The position numbers were made by a program, and so were the translations under genes. The notes below the pieces were generated by a model. That model made no database searches. It was not told the origin of the DNA and saw only the letters and a list, made by a program, of their open reading frames with translations. A stretch of DNA of 64,000 nucleotides from Blasia pusilla (lineage: Eukaryota): contig CM114271.1 of the NCBI GenBank assembly GCA_050084515.1, forward strand, positions 48,670,001 to 48,734,000, read 5' to 3'. Shown here piece after piece: positions 1 through 12,569 of this stretch; within the stretch, counting starts at the first letter, position 1; each line of letters begins with the position of its first letter.

Positions 1-545
1 CGTTCTACCAATAGAAGTTTGCCAATCCCATGAATGCGCGAACACGGCTCATATCTGTAGGGCATAAAATGCGTGAGATAGCCTTTACCTTCGTCTGCTA
101 GACACCAAGGTCCCCTGGGTATATCGTATGACCCAAGTACTCAATCTGGTCATAGAATAACTTGCACTTGCCTGGATATAGCTTCAGCCCATGTAATTGC
201 AATCGTCGAAACACCTCCTCTAGATGTCGATCATGCTCCTCAACCGTGGCGCTAAACTCTACGATATCATCAATATAACACCTAGCAAAATCCAGACCAA
301 CCAATATCCTATCCATGACCCTCTGGAACTCAGCCGGGGTGTTCTTTAACCCAAATGGTAAGAACCGCCACTAGTACAAACAATCCTTCCAGTGAGGATC
401 GATGCCCCAAAATGTCGTCTTCTGCCTGTCCTCCAATCTGATAGGTAGCTGATGGTATCCGGCTCGCAAATCAAATGAACTGAAGACCTTTGCATGACCA
501 ATCGCATCAAAGATCTCCTCAGGGGTGGGCATGGCATACCCATCG

Positions 546-1547
546 TGTCGCGACCCTCATGACCAAACAAGTGCCAAGCGGAACATCGGAACATTAGCGG
601 GCTCACGCTAAGATGGTTTGCGCGTTGGAGTTGTCTCAAAGAGGAGACAAGAGATGAGACGCGAGCGAGGAGTCGCGTTTCAGATGTTATGGTCGCGATT
701 GAGAAACCTGGACCAAACACGGAATGAGACTTGAAAGAAGTCGAGTCTAGGAAGTGGGTTGCCAAAGGAAAGATCCGGATTTGGAACGCCACTAGCGTTT
801 GAGAGTTTCCGACTGTATTTATGGCCATAACTTTTATCTCCAAGATGCGTTTGGAACAAATAAGGATGCGTTGGAAAGCCTATGGAGAGCCAATCCAAAC
901 GCATTAAAGATCGCTCCAAACGCATAAGCAGCGGCTGAGAAACAACCCAAAAACGATTGTAAGTGGAGTCGGGTTGAGGGCCACAATGAAGGGCCCGACC
1001 CTCTTTTCCCAAAGGGGAGGGGTTATTGGAGAACCCCAGAAGTACTAGTAAGGGGGAAGGTCTCCGAGAGTGCTTGGAACCCAAACCCCACTTTGGGCGC
1101 CGCGAGGCGGCTCAAGGGCATGGAACGAACGCGAGTTTGGGGGTTGGGTTGGAAAACCTGCACCAAGTCCATTAAAGGGATTTTAGACATCCCTCTTGGA
1201 TTCCACCCCGCGACTCAATTACTTGGGTCTCGGTTCGGAACTCACCCGAGAACCGTTGAACAGTTGGGATCGCTAGGCGCGCAAGTGCCGTTTCAGATCC
1301 CTGGACTAACCAGGAAGTCTGTTCCAAGTCTTGAAGGACTTGCCATGTGTTGGAAACTAGGAACTAAGGAAGGTTGAGCTTGATGAGACGCCAAGTTGAG
1401 GACCCGGTGGGTTGGAACGCTGGTTGGCCCAGACCCGACTAACGAGAGTGCGTGTTTGGGTGCAGATCGGCGATGAGTTCGTGACCTACTGAACGTATGT
1501 TTCCGCAACACTAAAGATTGACATTCAAGGAGAGTAGGGGCGCGACA
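546..1547. mobile_element. Solo LTR of a different LTR-retrotransposon family inserted in the RT gene
   Basis: TGTCGCG...CGCGACA termini; 5-bp TSD CATCG at 541-545 and 1548-1552; RT sequence resumes after removal. Confidence 0.9.
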
Positions 1548-2688
1548 CATCGGACTTCGTCTGCCGATTGATGGGTCGGTAATCTCCACACATCCGCCTA
1601 TCCGTCCAGTTGCCATGCACATCCTTCTTGGCGGGCATGACTATGTCAGATGCATACTCCCCATGCGACATCTCCACTAGTCTTGCTCCGACCAAGTCCT
1701 GGCTCCTACTCGGAATTAGTGCCCTCTCCATATCACTATACCTGTAGGGTCGTCGGAAGATCGGCGTATCACTCAACAACTCAATGCAGATCCTCGGTCC
1801 CTTTGGCGTACCCAAATCCTCCATTCTAAACGCAAAGCAGCTCCTATAAACCAGAGGAACTCATATATTCGGCGCCGCTCTCCTCCTATCAACTTAGGGC
1901 CCATATCTGGCTTCCAAGTCTCCATCGTGACTACGGTAGGACTCTCCTGCGCGGATATTGGTTGTTGCTATGGTGCAACCCCATTTCGAACAACGACACT
2001 CGACCGCTCTCCTGCAACCAAGTGCAAACTCTGATCTCCTCCACCTACCGTGCCCGGAACCACGCTCGATGTTGTGGCTATTCACACAATAATTCGGGAA
2101 AACATAGGTGTAACTGCGCCACATGTCGTACTAAGACACGCCTTGCAACATCATCACTCTCCACATACAGGTACTCCTACACTCGCACTCCTGCCTGCAA
2201 AACATCCGCTAACCCTACTCCAACCAAGTCGAGGCTTCTACTCTGAATCAGATCCCTCTCCATATCATTGTACTTCTGAGGTCGTCGGAAGATCGGAGTA
2301 TTACTTGACAACTCAATGCGGATCCCCGGTCCCTTCAGCGTACCCAAATCCTCCATACTAAACACAAAGCAACTCCTATAACTCCTGAGGAACTGATGTA
2401 TCCGGCGCCGCTCTCCTCCTATCAACTTAGGGCCCATATCTGGCTCCCAAGTCTCCATCGTGACTACCGTAGGACTCTCCGGCGCGGGTATTGGTGGTTG
2501 CTATGGTGCAACCCCATCTCAAACAACAACACTTGGCCGCTCTTCTGCAGCCAACTGCAAACTCTGATCTCCTCCACGTGTAATGTCTGAAACCATGCTC
2601 GATGCTGTGGCTATCATCTCTTAGCGTACCTCCAAAACATCCCAAGAAGTCCAAGGGTGTCTCTCCCAATCTCCCCTCGAGTGTAGGT

Positions 2689-5034
2689 TGTGCGCCCCTT
2701 CATGAGTGGCTCCCATGTGTGTTAGATACTTTTGGGACTCTAGTTAGGTGAGTAGAAGGAGCTAGAACAACAATCTGCAATTTAAATGGGATCATTGGTG
2801 CCATTCGGACCAAGATGGTGGCAGCTCACACATCAGATTGGGATAGGAAATTAGCTTCACCTGTCCATGCTTACAACACAGTTGAGAAGAGCACCACAGG
2901 GAAAAGTCCCTACTTCTTGGTGTATGGGCAGAACCCTCTCTCGGTAGTAGAGTTGGAGTTGAAGACTGATCATACTCTAGAAGGGCACTTCCAACCTGAA
3001 GGTGGCATAGATAGCAGGCTGGATATGATTGATGCCCTAGAGGAGGAGAGAAAGGCAGCATTAGAGAAGATCAAGGCCGTTCAGCAACAAAGGAAGATGA
3101 GGTTTGATAACCGAATACAGCATGATCCAGTGAAGGAGGGGGACATGGTGCTGATGTATGATAGTGGACCCCAAAAGTTTCCAGGAAAGCTACACATTCG
3201 ACTACTTAGGCCTTATCAGTGAGGAGCAGCAGGGAAGTAATGAGATCAGGTGAGATCAGGTGAGGAGCTGAGGAGCAGCAGGGAAGTAATGAGATCAGGT
3301 GAGATCATGTGAGGAGCATCCAAGGGAAGCTCGAACCAGCTTGAGAAGAAGCAAGCTTGGGAAATGCTAGTTAGAACAGGTTCAGAAGTAGATGAGGTCG
3401 AAATTTCAGGCAGTAGATGCCTTGGAGTAGATGCTTAGGGGGAGGTAGATTTGTAGGAAGGTAGGAACCCAGAGAAGCCCAAGGAAGAAGAGGGCTCTCA
3501 ACTTCACTTATAAATACTCTGGTGGGTTTGCTTGAAGGCGGGCATAGACATGTTGTTGGCTAGTAGACACTCGATCTCTTGAGCCAAGCTAACCAGCAGA
3601 GTTATGTGCTCCCAGGTCTAGGTAGTGTGTAGTCTGCTTGAAGGGGGCTGAGAAGAAGAAGGTCTCTCATGTACTCTATGATTTTGTGATACAGGAGGTA
3701 GCCCTGTGAAATGAGTTCACACCATTGCCCGGTATCGAGTATGTGCATGATTGAGTGATGAGTTGGGGAGGGCTTGATGAAGGAGATTCTTGGAGATGAT
3801 TCAACTAATCATTCAAAAGTGCAGGAGAGGACAAGAGGTCAGACAGTAGAGGGGAGGCAAGCTTGGGTTCCAAGATTGTGCTCCACCAAGGTGTGCGTGG
3901 AAAGCTTGCATTCGCCCACCTAAGCTTGGCCTTTGACACCAATCACATGATTACTTCAGGGTGTGACAACCTGGACTTCGTGTCCAGTAAGTGATAAGAG
4001 TTAGTGAGTGGAGAGAGAGAGGGTCATGCTTGAGCTCCCCTATAGGTAGAAGACCATGGGCTCATCTGTTAAGTCTCCTACTACTTGAACAAGAAGGAGA
4101 ACAGCGGATCAGCAAGGTACGAGGAGAAGAAGAAGGTGATTGCACTACGATCGGTTAGGAGTTGGGTGTACTTTAGAGGATGCCTTGGTACATTCAACTA
4201 GTCCAAGGCAAGCGACACATTGGAGGACCTTATGCTGCCCTGGTCATCCTTGACTGTGAATTCTAAGTAGAGTGTGCTTGTTGGGTTCCACTGGCCACTC
4301 CACTCAAAGCACTCAAGAGGAAGGAAGGAGTTTTGGTTAGTAGGGTGAGGATAGGATTGTGATATTGAAGTGGAGAGAGTTCCTTCAGCCTCTTAAGGTA
4401 AAGAGGTGGGGTTTACAGTAGTTAAGGAGTACATCTTGTAGGTCTTGATCTTCTGATCTGGCCCTAAGCTCTTACATGGGACCGAACTGGTGGAACTAGC
4501 ACCTGGGTTGTGTGCTGGCCATGTATTACCTGGTGAGACATTTTGGCGCCGCTTCCGGGGATCATGCAACAGCACCAGGTCCCCATCCTTCACTGGATCA
4601 TGCTTTATTCGGTTATCAAACCTCATCTTCCTTTGTTGCTGAACGACATTGATCTTCTCTAATGCTGCCTTTCTCTCCTCCTCTAGGGCATCAATCATAT
4701 CCAGCCTGCTATCTATGCCACCTTCAGGTTGGAAGTGCCCTTCTAGAGTATGATCAGTCTTCAACTCCAACTCTACTACCGAGAGAGGGTTCTGCCCATA
4801 CACCAAGAAGTAGGGACTTTTCCCTGTGGTGCTCTTCTCAGCTGTGTTGTAAGCATGGACATGTGAAGCTAATTTCCTATCCCAATCTGATGTGTGAGCT
4901 GCCACCATCTTGGTCCGAATGGCACCAATGATCCCATTTAAATTGCAGATTGTTGTTCTAGCTCCTTCTACTCACCTAACTAGAGTCCCAAAAGTATCTA
5001 ACACACATGGGAGCCACTCATGAAGGGGCGCACA
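2689..5034 (+). mobile_element. Athila-like LTR-derived insertion: LTR (2689-4540) + PBS + inverted copy of its first 474 bp
   Basis: TG...CA ends; 5-bp TSD TAGGT (2684-2688, 5035-5039); inverted arms 2689-3162 and 4561-5034; PBS TGGCGCCGCTTCCGGGGA at 4544-4561 after ...GAGACA; TATAAATA near 3508. Confidence 0.85.
2815..3222 (+). pseudogene. Integrase C-terminal fragment (Athila-like), mirrored at 4561-4908 on the minus strand
   Basis: DWDRKL..AYNT..KSTTGKSPYFLVYG..VELE..GDMVLMYDS..KFPGKL..PY resembles the end of a Ty3/Gypsy integrase core plus the GPY/F region. Confidence 0.75.
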
Positions 5035-7049
5035 TAGGTCTCCTCGGGTCTAGCCCCCAACCACTGCCTCCACCGTCTCAGTAGGCATGGGGCTCACCCA
5101 GGCAACCGCTGTGATCTATCTCGTCGGCGTTGGGCTCCACCAACCGCTGAACCTGGTCATCCCAAACCAAGCCAAGACTGGCCTTCTTGAACTCACAAAC
5201 GTGGGCAAGGCTGCCCGCGGCTTGCCTACCCTGTTGACCATAGTCAACGGTGGTTGATCATCGTGCCTCACTGCCTGTGATCGACGACCTGGATCCAGAA
5301 TGGAATCCACTAACAAATTGGAGGGGCGCTCCACTCTTGCATACGCCCTCCGTAACACCGCATGGGGTACCAAGTTGGTCCACCATAGACGTGGGCAATG
5401 GGCTCTAGAACCTACACTCGTCGCATCTAAGAACACTGCTGGGCCAATCCAGGCACGCACCTGATGAGCACTCGTCACCACATGTGACCTGGAGTCTCCT
5501 AAGATCGGCACATTCTCCAGAATGTAGGTTGGAGAATGAGAGTGATGCTCCTCCAACTGCCATAAGACCCTCAACATCTCCCAAAACAACCTAGACTGAG
5601 TGTCAGCCAACCCGCTGCCTCGTCCAGCACTCGATTGGCCCTGACATGGCCAATCGGAAATGACCAAATCATTGGTCCCTACCCGCTCTAAGTCCTACGC
5701 CCCCAACAACAAAATATCCCTTGGTAGGGAGCTCTAATACCCTGTACCGCGGACGCAGACAATAAGTCCGGAAAATGTAGGCGTAAATCCGCCACATGTC
5801 GTAGTGAGACGCGACTCACAACATCATCACTCTCCACATACTTGCGAGTACTGCTATACTCGCACTTATGCCTGCAAAACAATAGCTAACCGGGTGCTAA
5901 TCCCTCCAAAGAGATCTAACACTTGAATACCCTCCTCCGGGGTACACCACACAATGGGTGTGGTATCCAAGGGTGTCATCGTAGCACTCCCTGCTACATC
6001 GGGTTCCTCAGACCCGTCACACTTTGGTGCAAACGCCTCGCTCTACGCGGTCTACACGTGCTCATCCGCCAATCGTCGAAGCTCCTTAGTCAAGCCCCAC
6101 ATTGGCACCTCTCCTCCACAGAATGATGCGGCTACCATAACACTCCTCTCCATAGAATGTCAAGAATGGGAGTATCCTCTACATGGACATGTCCCTCAAT
6201 CAAATCACTAGGCCAAGTGATGGCACTGCTAAATGCTGCTAAGGTCGCCATCTCTCCTGGCTGTTGCTCGATCACTACATATGTGAATCGAACGGGTAAT
6301 GAGCTAAGGCGCCCATCACATGACTGCCATCCTGGTTTGTAGGACGCTGACTCCTCCCAGTAATCCAGCGCAAACCCCATTGGGAAAAACACTACTCCAC
6401 CAACCAAGACGTCGTAGGACTCTACATCAATCACTATCGCCTTGGCTCGTACCACGGACTCATCTGTAGGATGTCCTGGGCGAATCCTCACCATGACCTC
6501 ATGTCGGGTGATTTACTCGCTCCACCCAAGGATGTTTGTATCCGGAATGGACAACGCTCCACATCGGCTCTCGTCAAGCCCAATCCTCTGAATGACGCTT
6601 TCCCCAACATCAAGTGTTGCGCTCTTGAATCCAACAAGATACATTGCGGACTAAAAGCTCTACCTCAGGACTCACCAACTGGAAGACATCTCCTCAATTA
6701 TCCAGCAACACAACACCAAGAGAAGCCATGGCAAGCTCTATCGCAGGTCTAGCGGGCATCTCCGCCATCCTAGCAGCGGCAACCTGCCATGAATCTGACG
6801 TGGACCACCCAAGCATCCGCTCCAAGGGCAGGTCCATTACCTCCTCTTCAATCACCTCTGAACGTGATGCAGGAACTCCAACTCCATGCTCACATAGCAT
6901 AGCGACCAGCCAAAAAGCCTCGCGGGCGTACCCCCTAATGTCATAACATCGGAAGCACAAAATAAAGGAGCGCGGTACACAATGGTGGCCATTTCTCCAA
7001 GAGCTCACGATGCAAGTGACCCCTCCTAAAAAGTCACTAGTGGAAGAGG

Positions 7050-8049
7050 AGTCAAGAGAGGCTACTTCCTCTTCCACTAGTGATGGTTTATGAGGGGTCA
7101 CTCACACTGGAGCAGTTGCACCATTTAGTCGGGTTCGTCCCAAGTTCAACCCCATGGTTGAGTTCTTCGCTGAGTTGACGGCCAGCTACCAAGGGGTACG
7201 GACGGAGTAGTTGCGAGCATCCACCACTTCCAGAGGCATCCGGGTGAGAGTTTACGTGAGGCTAACACTCGCTTTTGTCGGTTGATCAACGTCTCTCAGG
7301 GAGTGACAGAGGCTCAGGCTATCCAGTCATGGTACGCGATGATGGACCGGACCCTGCAGACACGGGTGCGGGAGGGGGTGCTTCTTATGAACACCTCCCC
7401 TACATTGAGAGATGTTTTTAGGACCGTCAAGAACATTGAGCACAACCATTGTGTACCGCGCTCCTTTATTTTATGCTTCCGATGTTATGACGTTGGGGGG
7501 TACGCCCGCCGAGGCTTTTCAGCTGGCCGCTACGCTATATGAGCGTGGAGTTGGAGTTCTTGCATCACGTTCAGAGGTGATTGCAGAGGAGGTGATGGAC
7601 CTACCCTTGGAGCGGATGCTCGGGCCGTCCACGTCAGATTCATGGCAGGTTACGCTGCTAGGATGGCGGAGATGCTCGCTAGATCCACGATAGAGCGTGC
7701 CATGGCTTCTCCTGGTGTTGTGTTGCTGGATAACTGAGAAGAGGTCTTCCAGTTGGTGAGTCCCGGAGGTAGAGCTTTTAGTCCGCAGCGCATCTTGTTG
7801 GATTCAGGAGCGCAACCCCTGATGTTGGGGAGAGCGTCATTTAGAGGATTGGGCTTGACGAGAGCCGATGTGGAGCGTTGTCCATTCCGGATACAGACAT
7901 CCTTGGGTGGAGCGAGTACCACACAGTATATCATCCAATAGGAGGTTGTGGTGAGGATTCGCCCGAAACATCCTACAGATGAGTCCGTGGTGCAAGCCAA
8001 GGCGATAGTGACTGATGCAGAGTCCTACGACGTCTTGGTTCGTGGAGTA
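7050..8049 (+). mobile_element. Gag + protease fragment of the MTase-Gypsy family, head-to-head with the preceding copy
   Basis: Gag sequence shared with 15230-15620; protease motif ILLDSGAQ (ORF 7753-7941); 7446-8050 is the inverted counterpart of about 6390-6985. Confidence 0.8.
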
Positions 8050-11000
8050 CACTAGTACAAAAACCCCCTCTGGATGACTTAGAAAAATGACTAGATGTTA
8101 CTCAAACCGGGCCGGTGTGACTAAGTAATTACTTAACCAGACTTTAATAATAAAAATTACTCATATTTGTATAAGTTGTTACTAAATTTGAGGGTAGTCG
8201 TATGTGAGTCTCTTTTTTGTTACTCAAGATAGTCACTAAATATGACTTCACCTAGTCATTTTGTATGACTAGGTTAAGTCATAAGAAATGACTAAACGAG
8301 TCATAAAGAATGACTAGACAAGTAATAAAGAATGACTAGAGGAGTCATAAGGATTGACTAGACTCTTCATTAAGAATGACTAGACGAGTCATTAACTGTG
8401 ACTACTCAGAGTAATAAATAATGACTTTATGCGTCACAAGAGAATGACTTATCCATGTCATTTACAATCCTAGTCATTGACAATATCCAAATAACTATAC
8501 TAGTCATTATGTATAACATATTGCTTTATGATTGAGAAAATATGTACAGGAAATTAGCATTTGAGTCCATTTTGTATCCATGAATATGAATTACTCCTTC
8601 CTACCTATCCTCCCTATGCCTATCACTACTTCTCTTACATCCATGCAATGGAGATGTGATTATATCTGTTGTACAGTCCTAATGCTACCAACATCGTATG
8701 AAAACATACAAGCACATTACTCCTATACCAACCCATCCATTTTGTAGCATATGATCAGATCAGTTTTTCACAGTTAAAAATCCTCATCTATTGAAAGATA
8801 CAGCTAGCAAATTTTTTCTTACATCCAATTGTGGCCATAAGTCCAAAGCATATCGAGAAATATGTATGGCAATACATATTTCTTCTTGCAGACCTCTCTC
8901 AAATGGAGAACAGAATGCCCATCTGGAATGTCACGTCCATGGAAGGTAGAACAACCATCATGCAAGGTGCCATAACCTACAACCACAAAGGGGTTCTCAT
9001 CTGATATCAACTACTGCAACGGAGGCACAACAAATTTCAACACCGTCTTGGTAGCCTCTCGGGTCCTCTTCTTGAGTGTCGCTCTTCTCACCACCATTGG
9101 CTTTTGCAGAAGATCCAACTAATCCAACTCCATGGGTCCATCACTCCCCAACATCCCTACACTATCCTCATTCTCCTCTGAAAATACCGTGGCCTCCAAA
9201 TTACATCTCCGCGATGTCCTCACTTGGCGTTTGCCTATAACGGCCGGGGCCTCATCCGTGGTCTCTACAATCACAATCAACAAGAACGTCTCACTGCCCT
9301 TTCAAATAGATCATGATTTTCAGCAACTTCAAAGTAAAATGCACAACATCACTCTAAACTCACATACATGAACTCAAAGGGTCACCCGCAAACACAGTAG
9401 CATTAACCTCTCTTGTGCCTCCCTTTTTCTTTGGACCAATTGATGCAATGCCAACATACTTATCTAGCCCTCTTATTGTATGAACGCCCTTGGCAACCTG
9501 TGGAAGAACCGGAGGCGAAGGCACAATAGTGACCAGCTACGGAGAGGGTGCACTCTCCCTTGAAGGTGGTCCCGTAATTGGGTGAGGAGAGGATACACTC
9601 AACCGCATAGAGGCAAGTGCTCCACTAGGAGCAGGGTCTCGATCACTAACTCCATGAGAAGAGGAGACAACTCTTGGATTTTCCGATCTCTCCTTGGAAC
9701 CCCTTATGTCCTCATGGTCCCTTCTCAAGCTCATGGAAATCAATTCCATCAACTTTGTGAAGTTCTCTTGTTGATTAGCAACAACAGTCTTTATGCTTGC
9801 CTCTAGCACGTCCATGCTGCTGGAGAATGCATCCATGTGATCAATTATATAAGTCACAAACCCGGGCAACAACTCCTCCATAGACTTTAATCGGGCTCAG
9901 ATCTCTGTCAGCTCAGATGTTCCCAGCGCTTGAAATACAAGACCTGGATCTCAGTCTATATCAATAGGCATGTACTAGAAATACACTAGATTCACCTCTA
10001 CTCTAAAGCAACCAGATGCAAATACTTGCTTTGACACTGTACTTGTACCATAACTCCTTTGGTTCTTTGCCTTCTCATGCACCTGCGCCTTAGTAGGGGT
10101 TTGCCCCTTCTCTTTTCTCTACAACACATGTTACACCGACCAAGTTCAATCTACCAAACACCAATTTCCAAATTATATGCATGGTGGTAATAGAAATTAA
10201 AGATGGGTCCTTCAATATTATTCATACTAGGCGCTCTGCAATTGGTGCATTTCCTTTTCTTCCTACAGGGTTTGGATTGGTCACCGCTGCCCGTGCTTTG
10301 GACATCTGCTCACTCTTTGTCTTTGCACTCTCGCTCATGAAGTGCGTAAGTAATCTCCCCCATTGGTTGGGGTCTACATGAGGTGGTGGGGCCACCTTCT
10401 TGCCTCCTCCAGCTTCTTTCCATGTTTGACGCAATCTAAATCTCTCAGTCTTCACCATTCGTTGTGCATATTCCTCCAAACATGGAACAACCACTCCATT
10501 GCCATTGTTTCCAACATACTCCCATCTAGCAAAAATATCACTCAACACCAAATTCCAATCCCCTGAGTGTTGGTCTCAAAAATTCACAATGGAGATGTCA
10601 ATCCATTGCAACGCCTCGGCTCTAAAATCTGCATGCCACCTATTCTTTCCTTCTGAAGTTGTGGTGATCCAACCACAATTATTCACACCCACTTTTTCGA
10701 CCTTTACCCCCTCGCCTTGCACACTGCTCTCAATCACTGAGTTTGGTGTGTATGTTGTCCCTATGCTTGCCCGTCGCAAGCCTAGAGTCGTATAGTTTGC
10801 TGCACACATGAATATCTTCAGTCAAGACTGCTGCCCACTTTGCAAGTCTTTATGCCTACAAACAGACTCTATGCATCGATGTCAGGTCACTAGTTAGTGA
10901 AAGCACGAGGAAGAAATTCTCCAAATAGGGATGATACTTCTCTATATATATGTGACTTGCTATTACCTGCAACCTTTGTCATTTGAAATCCTTGAGTGGG

Positions 11001-12569
11001 TCCTAGCCCCAACCATTGAGGTTGTCCATACATTTCTGGAGTGCTATCATTAAGTCCATAAAGGCATTGGCTACTTCCAAACCGATGTTGACTATTTGGC
11101 ACCGCATGATAGGGTCCCTCGGTGTAGTTGGAGAATCCACCTTGCATAGAGTCTACACATCACATATATGTTAGTGTAGTACAGACACATCACACAACCT
11201 TCCCACCATCATCCTATGATGTATAATGAAAGAGAAATTTGAGATTGCAAATCGATAGATTCGTACTATTCCACCCTTGCCCCGTTGGAAAATATCGGCC
11301 GTATAGCAAACTTGGCTTGGAGTTCTGTGCATAGGGTCCATCTCTACTGCCTTGAGACATGTTTTCTTGTCCCTCTCCACTACATTGTACACCCACTTGC
11401 TGTTTGAGAGGAATACGACTTTCAGGTATACGCCCGGGTGCAACATCCATTGCCCAAGTAGCTTGCACCCCAACTGTCCCTTTTTGCCAATGCAATGCAA
11501 CCCACCAATTAGAGACAATTTCTTTCAAATGCCACTAACCTTGAAACACAATTGTAGACACACATCCTATCTAATTGATCAAAAAAATTACCTGCTTCTT
11601 CTTTCCCCCAATAGTTGATGGACAGGGTTCCTTAGGAGTCGGAAGCTCATATGAGCCTGATTGATCCTCTTCACCAAAATGTGCAACAAACTCTGGATCA
11701 CAAGTGGGAGATTCTTTACCTCCAGTCCGAGCATCAATGTCATTAGTAGATTCTGCCATCACTGCTAATACCTTTCCAAGGAATCGAGAGCTCCTCCGCT
11801 TCGGTCCAAGATTGAGAGGCTCCCTCTTTGCAGGTTGTGGGGCACGTACTTGCTTAGAACAAGCCTCCGCCCTACACATGAGGACAAGTTTTTCAAGAAC
11901 ATGAATTATGCACAATGCTTCTGATTCATTCATAAAGGCCCAGACCTGAGTGCTCAATATGTCAAAGCTTACAATTCAACGCCTCTCTGTTTGAGTTCTT
12001 CCGCCAATTCCTTAAGGCATCTGTTCACATAAGCCGTGCGGGCCTCAATACGGTCACACATTTCATTCACATTTTCCATCAAATACCTTAAAAAACAAAC
12101 AACTTGCATGTCCCATGAACCCATGCCCAATGACAGACCACACAAAAATTTCTTTAAGAACCCATGGCATCATTAAGTTCCTCTGCAATCTCAATGTTGC
12201 CTTCCCATCTTTCTACCCTTATTAATGGTACATACTGACTTCCCACAGCTGTGAGAGGTTGAACCGTTCTATTGGGAGCTTCAAAAGCCCCGTGGTCATC
12301 TAAACTGAACTCCAAAGTATTACTTGATACCCTACGATTCCTCGCCTGCTTGTGGCACACTACTCGCCATCCGGGCGATTCCTCCACATCTACCAAGAAA
12401 GCCTGTTCAACCTTACTAGAGAATACAAAAGGTTCAGACCATTCAGGTTGCATTTTCTTGAAGTTTGCTAGTAAGAATCCATCACTATCACGCTTCATTG
12501 TAGCCCTAGCCCCACGCCAATCTGGTCATACCCAAGTCCCTTTCATGAGAATGATTGGACTGGATATGT
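8050..12569 (-). mobile_element. CACTA (En/Spm) DNA transposon, 3' portion, truncated by a retrotransposon insertion at 12570
   Basis: Terminus CACTAGTACAAAAA at 8050; subterminal ATGACT...AGTCAT repeats; DGFLLANF..EPFVFSSKVEQAFLVDVEESPGWRVV (12154-12498) resembles the TnpD C-terminal DUF4216 region; KSEQMSKARA..NPVGRKG (10222-10551) resembles TnpA/Ptta. Confidence 0.8.
8250..8510. repeat. CACTA subterminal array of about 22-bp units (AATGACTAGACGAGTCATAAAG-like)
   Basis: About ten tandem degenerate units, each with an ATGACT/AGTCAT inverted pair, 200 bp inside the CACTA terminus. Confidence 0.85.

Larger units (their letters stand above)
1..7100 (-). mobile_element. Fragmented, rearranged copy of the MTase-carrying Ty3/Gypsy family (RT, MTase, protease), interrupted by two insertions
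   Basis: RT core RCYIDD (ORF 98-316); RRMCGDYRPIN (1525-1824); MTase motifs SDWPCQG, YILENV, RAHCPRLWWTNL (5116-5667); protease-region sequence at about 6130-6750; internal duplication about 1700-2090 versus 2220-2620. Confidence 0.85.

Noticed and set aside
8250-8510. Regularly spaced palindromic repeats suggesting a CRISPR array
   Set aside because: Units abut without unique spacers, there are no cas genes, the context is eukaryotic, and the position fits CACTA subterminal repeats
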